A stretch of 64,000 nt of DNA from a virus (lineage: Duplodnaviria > Caudoviricetes): IMG/VR virus record IMGVR_UViG_3300027566_000003, one strand, 5' to 3'. A program made the position numbers and the translations under genes. The first letter of the stretch is position 1; each line of letters begins with the position of its first letter. The notes beneath the pieces are model-generated. The model was not told where the DNA came from. It ran no database searches and saw nothing but the letters and a program-made list of their open reading frames with translations. Shown here one piece after another: positions 30,689-41,311 of the stretch.

Positions 30689-32161
30689 ATGAAAAAAGAT
30701 TTATATAAACATATAGATTTAACTAATATACCAAAAAATAAAAGCAGATATAATTGGTTAAATTCTATCGGTAAAGAATGTAAATTTATATATGATGATA
30801 TTTCTGGTTATGTTACAATAGTTGATTATAATTATAAGAAGCATAAATTGTATATTAAATATCTCGATAATGAGATTTTTGAAATTAATACTGATAATTT
30901 TTCTGATTGTGCTTTTGGTAAATTGTTAGGAAAAATAACTAGTGAATTTAAAATTAAATTAGGCAAAACTATAAAAAACAAAAAACAAGATTTTATTATT
31001 ATAGACAGGGAAAAACATATAAGTGCGAATAATAAGTGTTTTGATAAGATATATAAATATCATTGTAATAAATGTGGACATGAAGATTGGTTAATAGAAC
31101 ATAATTTATTAAAAGGAATTGGATGCTCCTGTTGCGGTATAACTCCTAAAAAAGTTATTGAAGGAATTAATGATATCCCAACAACTGCCCTTTGGATGGT
31201 TAAGTATTTTCAAGGTGGATACGATGAAGCAAAACTATATACAAAATCAAGCAGTAAAACAATTTTCCCGATTTGTCCTGATTGCGGAAGAATAAAGAAT
31301 AGACCTATGTCTATTAATTCAATTTATACAAATAAAACAATAAGGTGTACTTGTAAAGACGGTAGGAGTTATCCAGAAAAAATAATGTTTAATATATTGG
31401 AACAATTACATATTGATTTTTTAAGTGAATATTCTCCAGATTGGATTAAACCATTAAGATATGATTTTTATTTTGAATTAGGTAATAAAAAATATATTGT
31501 CGAAATGGATGGTGGTATTGGTCACGGAAATAAAGTAGTATATAATAATTCAATATATACCGTAGAATATGCACTAAACATTGATAATTATAAAGATAAC
31601 CTAGCAAATATTAATAATATAGATATTATTAGAATTGACTGTAAAATTTCTGATATAGATTATATAAAAACTAATATATTTAATACAAAATTGTTAAATA
31701 TATTAGAACTTTCAAGCATTGATTGGATAAAATGTGATGAATTTGCTTTAAGTAATTTAGTAAAAAAAGCTTGTGAAATAAAAAAAGAAAACGAAAATTT
31801 ATCAACATCTGATATCGGTTTATTATTACATTTAAATCGTAGTACAATATGTAAATATTTAAAAGAAGGAAGTAAATTTGGTTGGTGTAATTATAATCCA
31901 AATAATGAGAGAATGAAATCGTTAGGTCATAAAGTAAATATTAGGAAAGTTGAGGTATTTAAGAATGATACATCTTTAGGAATTTTTGAAAGCACAAATG
32001 ATATAGAAAGAAAAAGTGAAGCTTGCTTTGGAGTAAAATTATTACAGTCTTGTATATCTCTAGTTTGTAATGGTAAACAAAAATCACACAAAGGATTTAT
32101 TTTCAAGTATATAAATAACGAAAACCAAGAAGTGGTTAATAATTTATCCACTTCTTTTTAA
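30689..32161 (+). CDS. Putative homing endonuclease (Zn ribbons, DUF559/Vsr-like nuclease, NUMOD1)
   Basis: RYDFYF and IVEMDGGIGH motifs, CNKC and CPDC, C-terminal NUMOD1-like GIFESTNDIER and SHKGFIFKY. Confidence 0.8.
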   Translation: MKKDLYKHIDLTNIPKNKSRYNWLNSIGKECKFIYDDISGYVTIVDYNYKKHKLYIKYLDNEIFEINTDNFSDCAFGKLLGKITSEFKIKLGKTIKNKKQDFIIIDREKHISANNKCFDKIYKYHCNKCGHEDWLIEHNLLKGIGCSCCGITPKKVIEGINDIPTTALWMVKYFQGGYDEAKLYTKSSSKTIFPICPDCGRIKNRPMSINSIYTNKTIRCTCKDGRSYPEKIMFNILEQLHIDFLSEYSPDWIKPLRYDFYFELGNKKYIVEMDGGIGHGNKVVYNNSIYTVEYALNIDNYKDNLANINNIDIIRIDCKISDIDYIKTNIFNTKLLNILELSSIDWIKCDEFALSNLVKKACEIKKENENLSTSDIGLLLHLNRSTICKYLKEGSKFGWCNYNPNNERMKSLGHKVNIRKVEVFKNDTSLGIFESTNDIERKSEACFGVKLLQSCISLVCNGKQKSHKGFIFKYINNENQEVVNNLSTSF

Positions 32162-32186
32162 TGTAAAAATAAAGGAGGTTAAAGTA

Positions 32187-34742
32187 ATGTCAATGACTAG
32201 TGACCAAATTTATGATTGGATTGTAGCCAATTGGACTTCAAAATCAAATTATAGAGAAAGTGCTGATGTTGGTATTCCAACAGATACACCATCTCATTTT
32301 TTAATACATAACGATATTACAACTAAAAAAATATATACATGGGATGGAAATACGTGGTCTGCTGGATTAGGTGGAGGATCTGGTTCATTGACTGTTCAAA
32401 ATGTAGCATCTGCAACAAATATAATAACTGCATTTAACAAGTTAATTTTAGTTGATGCATCATTGAATAATGTCACAGTAATTCTACCATCTTCTACATC
32501 ACTAACTATTGGACAGAGTTTATGCGTAAAAAGAACTGATAACTCAAATTATACATTAAGAATAATTGCTAATGGAACTGAAATAATTGATGGTAGTACA
32601 AATTCTATCTATTTATACGGGCAAAATGATTGTGTGACTTTAACTAGCACAGCAGTTGGTAAAATACATATTAGTGCTGATAATCGTAATAGTACAGGGT
32701 CAAGTGCAAGTTATTTAAAAGTAACTAGAGGAACAACAGTTGCAATTGCAGATAATACAAATATAAAATTTCCTACTGTCGAGGATTCCCAAGGTACTGA
32801 TATTTCATATGATACATCTACAGGAATTGTTAAATTAAAAGCAAATATTAAATATAGACTTAGATGTGCAATTAATATGATGACATTTTCATCTGATAAT
32901 GCTTATGCAGAGTTAAAATTTTATAACATAACAGCATCACAATTTGTTGGAATTTCTGGTTCCGCAAATCCAATCACAAGAAATACTAATGAAGCTAAAA
33001 TTTTAGAAACAGAATATACTTTTACTCCAATTGTTGAAACTCAAATATCTCCTAGATTAACAGTTTCTTCTAATATTTCTAGTATTACAACAGCTTGGTT
33101 AGAAGTTGAAGAAATAAGTCACCAAGCTACAGTAATTCAAACTGTAGACTATTGTTTTGCAAGAGTTACTTCTAATGTTACTACTGCAAATACTATTATT
33201 CCAGTTTCTCTAGTAGTTGGAAATATTGAAGTATCAAATAATATGTTTTACCTGAAAGTAGGTAGCACATATGAGTTAGAAGCATTTATAGAGTTTAATG
33301 GGAATACTGGTTCTGTTTGGGCAGAATATGTTTGGACTGATTCTGTTGGAACTTATTTACCAACTAGTACTACAGGTTTATCTGTTCCTGTACAAAGTGC
33401 GTCAGCAGATTCTAGTTTACCAACAAAAGCTATTATTACTCCTACTCAAAATATGTCAGTAAAAGTAATGACAACAGGTACTGTTGCAGGTATTACTGGT
33501 ATAGCACTTACTAGGTCATATTTTAAAATTACGCAAATTGGATCAACGGCATGTACAGATAGTATTACCTTAAATACCATTAACTCAACTTCTTCATCAG
33601 GACTAAATGTTCATACTAAAAATACTATTACACCGACAAAATTAGGTGTAACAAATGAATTTGTTGGACAAAATGGTTCTGGTTCTGATTATGAAATTAG
33701 TGCGCTTAATTTAGGAAATGATATGTTTTATGCTTCTGTTTCAACAAAAATACCAGTTGGTGCATGGGGTGATGGTTGCAGAATGGATTTTAGTACACCT
33801 GCTGGTTCGAATAGTAATGTTCAGATTCCTAGAATGAGTATATTGCCGTTTTCAGGGAATGTGGGAATTGGTACAACCGAACCAAATATTAATGATAAAG
33901 TAACCATTAAAGGTACGACTACTGATGGAACAACTAATATTATCAATGGGTTAGATAACAATGATATATCTGTATTTAAAGTAGATACTAACGGAAAATT
34001 AACAACCAATGATGTTGTTACTAATATAGTCAGTACGGCTGATGGAACTAATGGTTATGTAACAATGAATTCTGGTGGTACTAGGACGGGTTTTTTTGAG
34101 TGGAAAAAACCAGATGATACAAGATTAGGGTTTATGGGAGACGGAGAATTTGATATAAATCTAGCATTAGAAAATGATGCTAATTTTAAGATTGTTAGTA
34201 CTACTGGTGGATTTCTTGTACCAAAGATGACGAGAGCACAAAAAGATGCGATTATTTCTCCTATTTCTGGACTTGAGGTGTATGTGACAGATGAAAGTTC
34301 TGGTAAGTATATTTATAACGGCACAAGATGGGATAAAGTTAGCAACCTTGCATATCTAAAAGCAAGTAATATAGTGGCAGTTAATCCAGCAGCTAATATA
34401 TTACTTAACTTCAGTTCAGGTGTTGTGTCAAATGGGATTAAAACCAATCATGGTAATGGACAGTATACACTGTATCCCGGGGTTTATGAATTAATGGGGG
34501 TACAACTCTTGAATGAAAATGATGCTGGAATAAGTTATCAATTTTATAACTACACAACATCTAGTTATACAGGTGAACAAGGTAATAATGCCGATGTTGC
34601 AGGGTCAGCAGGAACAGGAAGTCCTGCATTTGCTATATTGGAATGTACAGTTGACACACAGATCGGACTTAGATGCACAAACGATAGCGCGACAGTTACG
34701 GCCTCATTGGGTAACTGGTTGAAGATTAGACAGATATCATAG
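32187..34742 (+). CDS. Tail fibre-like protein with repeated C1q/BclA-like domains
   Basis: VTVILPSS and IIDGS fibre motif, GNVGIGTTEP, three jelly-roll-like repeats. Confidence 0.65.
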   Translation: MSMTSDQIYDWIVANWTSKSNYRESADVGIPTDTPSHFLIHNDITTKKIYTWDGNTWSAGLGGGSGSLTVQNVASATNIITAFNKLILVDASLNNVTVILPSSTSLTIGQSLCVKRTDNSNYTLRIIANGTEIIDGSTNSIYLYGQNDCVTLTSTAVGKIHISADNRNSTGSSASYLKVTRGTTVAIADNTNIKFPTVEDSQGTDISYDTSTGIVKLKANIKYRLRCAINMMTFSSDNAYAELKFYNITASQFVGISGSANPITRNTNEAKILETEYTFTPIVETQISPRLTVSSNISSITTAWLEVEEISHQATVIQTVDYCFARVTSNVTTANTIIPVSLVVGNIEVSNNMFYLKVGSTYELEAFIEFNGNTGSVWAEYVWTDSVGTYLPTSTTGLSVPVQSASADSSLPTKAIITPTQNMSVKVMTTGTVAGITGIALTRSYFKITQIGSTACTDSITLNTINSTSSSGLNVHTKNTITPTKLGVTNEFVGQNGSGSDYEISALNLGNDMFYASVSTKIPVGAWGDGCRMDFSTPAGSNSNVQIPRMSILPFSGNVGIGTTEPNINDKVTIKGTTTDGTTNIINGLDNNDISVFKVDTNGKLTTNDVVTNIVSTADGTNGYVTMNSGGTRTGFFEWKKPDDTRLGFMGDGEFDINLALENDANFKIVSTTGGFLVPKMTRAQKDAIISPISGLEVYVTDESSGKYIYNGTRWDKVSNLAYLKASNIVAVNPAANILLNFSSGVVSNGIKTNHGNGQYTLYPGVYELMGVQLLNENDAGISYQFYNYTTSSYTGEQGNNADVAGSAGTGSPAFAILECTVDTQIGLRCTNDSATVTASLGNWLKIRQIS

Positions 34743-34767
34743 TAATTAACAAAATAATAAATTAAAT

Positions 34768-34875
34768 ATGGTTACTTAATAAGAGTCGACGCTTATTAAG
34801 TGTAAAACGAGAGACTATGCCGTTACATAGTCTCTTTTCCATTATATTTAATCTCAATGACGGAAGGAGAATAAA
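34768..34875 (+). promoter_or_regulatory. Leader RNA motif copy
   Basis: ATGG/CCAT closing stem, hairpin with GTCGAC loop, 10-bp hairpin whose loop CCGTTA pairs with TGACGG before AAGGAG. Confidence 0.8.
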
Positions 34876-35796
34876 ATGGGGAGAAAACTAACTAATGAGT
34901 TTATTAAAATAGGTGTCGAAAAATTAGGTTATAAATTAGCAAGTACATATGTTGGTCAATTAACAAAAATAACCATATATGATGAATTAGGATATTATTA
35001 TGTTGTTGGAGCAAAATCATTATTAAAAAATCATATTCCAGATAAATTTCATTTATTCAATCCTTACACAATACAAAATATAAAATTATGGGCAAAATTA
35101 AATAATAAACCTTTTGAATTATTGAGTGATACATATGAAGGAAGTGACAAATATCTTCGATGGAAATGTTTAAAGGAAGATTGCAGAGAAGAATTTGATG
35201 CAACTTGGAATAATATTATTAATAATAAAGGTTGCCCCTACTGTTCTGGGCATAAAGTAGGATTATCTAACTGTCTAGCAACTAAAAATCCAGAACTTAT
35301 AAAAGAATGGAATTTAATTAGAAATGGTAGTTTAACTCCTTTTGACGTAACTTGGTGTAGCGGAAAAGAAGTTTGGTGGAAATGTAAGAAATGTAATCAT
35401 GAGTGGAAAGCGAGAATAAGTAATAGAACTAGCACTAATAAAACAGGTTGCCCAGAGTGTAAAGAACCAAAAGGTGAAAAAGAATGTAAACGAGTTTTTG
35501 ACTTAAAAAATGTTTATTATATACCTCAAAAAGAGTTTGATGGTTTAATTGGATTAAGAGGTGGTTTATTATCTTATGATTTTTATTTACCTAAATACAA
35601 TTTATTGATTGAGTATCAAGGAGAATATCATGAATTTCAACAAAGCCATGTAAGTGAAAATAAATTTAAAACTCAACAAGAACACGACAGAAGAAAAAGA
35701 GAATATGCAAAAGACAATAATATTAAACTTCTAGAAATATGGTACTGGGATATAGATAAGATTGAAAAAATTCTTGAAAAAGAATTGTTTATATAA
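34876..35796 (+). CDS. Putative homing endonuclease (DUF4379-like Zn ribbon plus DUF559-like nuclease)
   Basis: NCLATKNPELIKEW and VWWKC motifs; YDFYLPKYNLLIEYQGEYH. Confidence 0.85.
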   Translation: MGRKLTNEFIKIGVEKLGYKLASTYVGQLTKITIYDELGYYYVVGAKSLLKNHIPDKFHLFNPYTIQNIKLWAKLNNKPFELLSDTYEGSDKYLRWKCLKEDCREEFDATWNNIINNKGCPYCSGHKVGLSNCLATKNPELIKEWNLIRNGSLTPFDVTWCSGKEVWWKCKKCNHEWKARISNRTSTNKTGCPECKEPKGEKECKRVFDLKNVYYIPQKEFDGLIGLRGGLLSYDFYLPKYNLLIEYQGEYHEFQQSHVSENKFKTQQEHDRRKREYAKDNNIKLLEIWYWDIDKIEKILEKELFI

Positions 35797-35819
35797 TCAA
35801 CATTAATTATAAGAAAGGA

Positions 35820-36128
35820 ATGATAAAAATGCGTAACTATAAAAGTAACTTCTTCGGCGACAAAGGTACATCAAGCTCTAACCTCGAAGTAATCCAAAAG
35901 TGGAAAGAAGTGCAAACCAACAATAATATTTCTGCTGTATCTTTTAATTTTATACCATCACAAGATTGTACAATCATAATCAATGGTTCACATCCTATAC
36001 CATTTTTAGCAAACCAACCATTTGTCATTGATACATCAGGTGCAAATCCTACACATAAACCGATTTGGCAATTTCAAATTGTCGAAGCTGGAATTGATTA
36101 TTGGTATATGGGAATATTAAAAGATTAG
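35820..36128 (+). CDS. Small hypothetical virion-associated protein
   Basis: 102 aa, RBS GAAAGGA. Confidence 0.65.
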   Translation: MIKMRNYKSNFFGDKGTSSSNLEVIQKWKEVQTNNNISAVSFNFIPSQDCTIIINGSHPIPFLANQPFVIDTSGANPTHKPIWQFQIVEAGIDYWYMGILKD

Positions 36129-36188
36129 TTTAGTGAGTAATTAATTATAACAAAATTATAAAAATAAAGAGTAAAGGAGTGATAAATA

Positions 36189-37871
36189 ATGAGTAATGGG
36201 CTTTTTCAAAATTCAGGAATAATACAAACTACTTTTCCAAGTGCTCAACCAGTTGCGATTGTTGGAAATTTAGCGGATGTTGCAGTAGATGAAAATGGAG
36301 CCATAGCTGTTTCAGGAATAACAGTAGATTCGCTGTCTATTGGTGATGTAGGGTTAAAACCGAGTTTACCATCTGCAAATTTTACAATGCATACTGGTAC
36401 AACGGCTATCAGTGATGGTATTGATCTAAATGTAGATGGTTATACAACAGCTATCATTCGTGTTTCTGGTACATTTAAGGCTACAATTAATTTTTTGGGA
36501 ACAAGTGATAATATATATTATAATCCAGTAATGGCATATAACTCGGTTACCGAATTACCCTCTACTAAAGCACAAGTAAGTGGAATTTACTACATTAATT
36601 GTGTCGGAATTAAAAAAATACGAGTAAGGGTAGATGTATATTATTCAGGCACAGTAACAGTAACTGGAATTGCGTCAGTTAACGCACCAAAAACTCAAAC
36701 TGCAAGGATTGTTAATACATCTTCTGTTCCTGCGATAACCCGTAAAACTTTATCAGCATACCCTAAAAAACCTCTAGATTACTCCGTTATTAATTCCTCC
36801 ACATATGGAACCGTAATACATGTGTCTAGTATTGGATTTGATGGTTCTTTATATGGCTATTCATCTTTAAAAAAAATATTTAGAACAGCAGATGCTTTTG
36901 CTACGGCATTGGATTATGGACAAGATTTTTCCGGATTAATACCATCTACATCTAGTTTGTTACATGTGTTTCAAACTCATGCAGGATATGTTGTTATAGA
37001 AACCGACTCTACAACAAAACGTGGTGGTATATGGTTTTCAACAACTTTTACAAGTGGTTTTACAAAAATAGTTGAAATGGATAGAGGATATCCTATTAAA
37101 TTAAACACAAGTATATACAATGCTGGTGTAAATCAAACGGTAATTTTATGTGGAGAATATGTAATAACGTCTCCAAATCCAGCATCAGGTGGATTGAGAC
37201 TATTTGGTAGTTTTGATGGTGGTGCAACATGGGTTTCACTTAAAGAAACAGTATTGGTAGATAGTGTATATAATAGCCATTGGCACGCATCAACTTATGA
37301 TCCTTATGCTGGCAGGATTTATGCACAAACTGGTGATGCTACTAATGCAATGCTTTATTATTCTGAAGATTTAGGACAAAATTGGAATGAGATAAGAGCA
37401 ACAGATGAAAACGGAGTTCTCCCCCAACCAACTACATTAATATCTTTTCCTGATATTATCACCGCGCTTCCAGATAGAGGATATCCTCCTTGTGTTTTAT
37501 CAATTAAAAAAGATACAAATTATAAAGATATAAATGGAGAAAAGTTCTTATTTTCATTGGATTATTCTATATATCCAGCATTTGGAACTGGTGCTGGAAA
37601 ATATACTGGTAGGCCAATTGCTCAAGATGGCATCGAAGCGTATTTTCAAGTACCTACTGTAACGGGACATCAACAAATATTTGTTGTTGGGACAGCAGAC
37701 GGTGGGCAAACTTGGCACACCGTATTAGTATTGAATTTATCTAGATATGCAAGTGGTAATGCTAATGAAGGGATAGTGGGACCTGATAAAAATGGGTTTC
37801 TTTATATGTATTATAATGACAACGGGGCAAAAATAGCAAAAATTACTAAGCAAAATTGGATATATAGTTAA
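36189..37871 (+). CDS. Asp-box (BNR) beta-propeller protein, sialidase/glycanase-like
   Basis: SFDGGATW, SEDLGQNW and TADGGQTW Asp-boxes. Confidence 0.8.
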   Translation: MSNGLFQNSGIIQTTFPSAQPVAIVGNLADVAVDENGAIAVSGITVDSLSIGDVGLKPSLPSANFTMHTGTTAISDGIDLNVDGYTTAIIRVSGTFKATINFLGTSDNIYYNPVMAYNSVTELPSTKAQVSGIYYINCVGIKKIRVRVDVYYSGTVTVTGIASVNAPKTQTARIVNTSSVPAITRKTLSAYPKKPLDYSVINSSTYGTVIHVSSIGFDGSLYGYSSLKKIFRTADAFATALDYGQDFSGLIPSTSSLLHVFQTHAGYVVIETDSTTKRGGIWFSTTFTSGFTKIVEMDRGYPIKLNTSIYNAGVNQTVILCGEYVITSPNPASGGLRLFGSFDGGATWVSLKETVLVDSVYNSHWHASTYDPYAGRIYAQTGDATNAMLYYSEDLGQNWNEIRATDENGVLPQPTTLISFPDIITALPDRGYPPCVLSIKKDTNYKDINGEKFLFSLDYSIYPAFGTGAGKYTGRPIAQDGIEAYFQVPTVTGHQQIFVVGTADGGQTWHTVLVLNLSRYASGNANEGIVGPDKNGFLYMYYNDNGAKIAKITKQNWIYS

Positions 37872-37954
37872 TAAACAAATTAATTGATTTTATTACAAAG
37901 GCATGACTTATTTGGTTGTGCCTTTGTTTGATATTTGATGATATGGAGTGAAAT

Positions 37955-38491
37955 GTGATAAAGAATCAACAAAAGTACATACACGCATACGATTTATCTA
38001 TGGAATCAACAGGATTTTGTATATTTGATAAAGATATGATTCCTGTATTAATCGATTCTATCCCTACTAAAAAAAACCAATCTCATGGGAAAAGATTAAA
38101 AGTAATTTATGATAAGTTAATGGAATTAAGAGATAAATATCCACCTGAAGTCGTCGTGATCGAAAGAGGATTTAGTAGGTTTAATATGGCAACTCAGGTG
38201 ATATACAGGGTTCATGGAATTTGTCAATTGGCTTATCATGATATAGAGACCGTCTACTACCCTCCCAAAACCGTTAAAGAAGCAATTTTAAGTGGTAATG
38301 CAACAAAGAAACAAGTGCAAGAGGAAATTAAGAAAAGATATCCTGATTTAGTTTTTAAGAATGAGGATGAATCAGATGCTTACGCTGTAAGTTTAACATA
38401 TTTTATTAAAACAGGTAAATTGGAATGGGAAAAAGATATTATTTTGAAAGAAAAGAAAATTAGAAAGAAAAAGGTTGTTGAGGATAGATAA
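37955..38491 (+). CDS. ruvC: RuvC Holliday junction resolvase
   Basis: AYDLSMESTG, VVIER and DESDAYAV catalytic motifs. Confidence 0.9.
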   Translation: MIKNQQKYIHAYDLSMESTGFCIFDKDMIPVLIDSIPTKKNQSHGKRLKVIYDKLMELRDKYPPEVVVIERGFSRFNMATQVIYRVHGICQLAYHDIETVYYPPKTVKEAILSGNATKKQVQEEIKKRYPDLVFKNEDESDAYAVSLTYFIKTGKLEWEKDIILKEKKIRKKKVVEDR

Positions 38492-38677
38492 TTTAATTTG
38501 TTGTAGAACTTTAGACACTTTAGATAAGTGTCTTTTATTGTGCGACAAATTAGTTGTACGTAAACAGACTAGGGAGAGCTACCCGAAAGACACAACGCCT
38601 TAGTGTTTGTCTGTTTATTATCTTTTTGAGAAGAAATTTTAAGGTTAATAAAACAATATGAAAGGCGGTTGTTGGAG

Positions 38678-40245
38678 ATGTTAGAAACAAAAGAAGTAGA
38701 AGTAGTTTGGTCTAATTGGGGAAAAGAATATTATATTCTAAAAGGTTATTGTTTTACTAGAATAGGCGACGCATTTATAGTTAAAATTGAAGATGTGCAT
38801 CCTAATTCAAATATAACCATCGAATATGAATGTGATTATTGTAAAACACCCCAAAAAATATACTTTAGAGATTATAACAAACAAAAAAGAGATATTATAA
38901 ATAGAGATTGTTGCAGTAAATGTGCTCATTTTAAAGTTGCTGAAATAAAGAAAAAGAAAGCAGAGTTAGGAATATTAAATAAAACGATTCTGGTTATTGG
39001 AAGTTTTATCCCAATAGATTAAAAGAATTACATATATTTTTAAAAAATAATAAATTTGAAGATATCTTTAATATTGGTTATTCACAATTAAAAGAATCTT
39101 TTTATCAAAATAAAGATAATGTAATTGATATGATATTTGAATTAAAATTAAATATTTTTGAAGTATGCAATAATTTACATAAGTTATATTTCTACATTAA
39201 TGAAAATAACATACAAAATATTATAAATATTTTTATTGAAAGGCATAAATACTTTCCTTCCCTATTAGAAATGTCAAATAATTTACAAATTTCTTATTCA
39301 ATTTTAGCTAAATGTGGTGGTTATTATTATATAAAGAATAGTATGGGATATTATGATAATGACATTGGTAGTAAATTATTAGATACAAAAAATAGTATGG
39401 AGAATTTTGAAAAATATAAAAATGTTAGTGGTATTTATAAGATAACTAATATTAAAAATGCAAAAGTGTATATTGGGCAAGCAATAGATTTGTGGCATAG
39501 AATTAGTTCTGGATATATTTATACATTGCCTAAAGGAAAATGTCACAATGTTCACCTTCAAAGAGCGTGGGATAAAGACGGAGGAGAAAGTTTTTATATA
39601 GAAGTTATTGAAGTTTGTGATGTTGAATTTTTAACGAAAAGAGAACAATTTTGGATTGATCAAACTCAATGTTTTAACAACAAATTTGGTTATAATGTTT
39701 TGGAATTTGCCGAAAGTAATAGAGGTGCTAAAATATCTGAAGAAACAAGGAAAAAGATGAGTGATGCTTCTAAATTAAAATTCGGGTGGAATCATACACA
39801 AGAAACAAAAACTATTTTATCAGAAAAACATTCTAAATCTATTATTCAATTAAATTTAGATGGTATTTATATTAAAGAGTGGAAAAACTCCAATGATGCG
39901 TCAATTACATTAACTGGTAAAAATACAAGTGCTAATAATATAAGAGATTGTGCAAATGGGCGAGGTGCTTCAGCTTGTGGTTACATATGGATATATAAAG
40001 ATAAGTATAATGAATTAACTTTTGACAAAATGGATTATGAAAATAGAGATACAACTAAACGAAGGGTTATTCAATTAAGTTTAAGTAATGAATATATAAA
40101 AACATTTAGGACAATAACTGAGGCAAAAAATACAACAAAAGCAAGTAATATAAGTGCATGTTTAAATGGTTTACAACATAAAAGTGGTGGATTCAAATGG
40201 ATGTATGAAGAAGATTATTTAAATAAAATAAAGGAAGTGAATTAA
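38678..40245 (+). pseudogene. GIY-YIG homing endonuclease (NUMOD3 plus 2x NUMOD1) with one frameshift
   Basis: Adding one A at 38981-38984 gives a continuous frame into ATG 39130. Motifs SGIYKITN, VYIGQA and EETRKKMS. Confidence 0.8.
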
Positions 40246-40249
40246 ACTA

Positions 40250-41311
40250 ATGGCAAACAAAGGTCGTGGAAGAGTATATAACCCAATCTATACAAAGCAA
40301 GAATGGGAATTAGTAAATCCCAAAAACAAAGAAGCAATGAATGACTTTCTTGAAGAATATAAGCAAAGAAAAAAGAAGAAGTCAACTATTGATGCTTACT
40401 TTCAGGATTTGAGAATTATTCTACTTTATGTTAAAAGATTTTGTGATAATAAATGTATATTTGATTTAGGTAAAAAGGATTTTAGGAGAATTAGCATTTG
40501 GTTTAGTGATGATTTAAAACTATCTAATGCAAGAGCAAATAGATTAATGAGTGCGGTTAGGTCTATGCTTTCATATGCAGAAGATGATGACGAAACAGAA
40601 TATGACAATAATGTTGCTCGTAAGGTGAAAGGTTTACCGAAAGAACCAGTTAAAACAAATGAAGACGATTTCTTTATGACATTTGATCAAGTATGGAGAG
40701 TTAGAGAAGAATTATTAAAACGTGGTAAATTACAGCTTGCAGTTTTACATATGCTTCTATTCGATTCTGGTGGACGAAGGAATGAAGTATATCAGATTAA
40801 AAAACAAGATGCTCAAGAAGGAAATAAGACAAATATAGTTGTTGGTAAAAGAGGAAAATCATTTCCTTTAGTATTTTTAAATGACACTAGAGAATTAGTA
40901 AGACAGTTTATATCAGAACGTGGCGAAGACAATTTAGATGCTGTATGGATAACTGGTAAGGGTGAAAATAAAAGAGAAGTAACGTACGGAGCTTTATATG
41001 ATAGAGTTGTTGCTATTTCTGCTATATTGAGTGAATTAGAAGGAAAAGAATTAAATATTTTTCCGCATTCATATCGCCACAGTCGCGCAGAATGTCTCTT
41101 ACAGGGGCAAGATCCACGTATCATTGATCCGTCTACGGGATTGCCTAAGAAGTTTACTTTAGAGGAAGTCCAGCTATTTCTTCATCATTCAGATCCGAAA
41201 ACAACCCAAGATTACGCGAAAGATCATAGTGAAGAAATGATTGATACCATGTTTAATTTTGATGGTGAAGTTAAAGTTAAGAAACCGGAAGAAATCACAC
41301 CAACAACATAA
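40250..41311 (+). CDS. Tyrosine recombinase/integrase
   Basis: SGGRRNE, HSYRH and LHHSDPKTTQDY; the catalytic residues are present. Confidence 0.93.
   Translation: MANKGRGRVYNPIYTKQEWELVNPKNKEAMNDFLEEYKQRKKKKSTIDAYFQDLRIILLYVKRFCDNKCIFDLGKKDFRRISIWFSDDLKLSNARANRLMSAVRSMLSYAEDDDETEYDNNVARKVKGLPKEPVKTNEDDFFMTFDQVWRVREELLKRGKLQLAVLHMLLFDSGGRRNEVYQIKKQDAQEGNKTNIVVGKRGKSFPLVFLNDTRELVRQFISERGEDNLDAVWITGKGENKREVTYGALYDRVVAISAILSELEGKELNIFPHSYRHSRAECLLQGQDPRIIDPSTGLPKKFTLEEVQLFLHHSDPKTTQDYAKDHSEEMIDTMFNFDGEVKVKKPEEITPTT

Noticed and set aside
27522-34742. Diversity-generating retroelement acting on fibre genes
   Set aside because: There is no reverse transcriptase and no template/variable repeat pair visible in the window.
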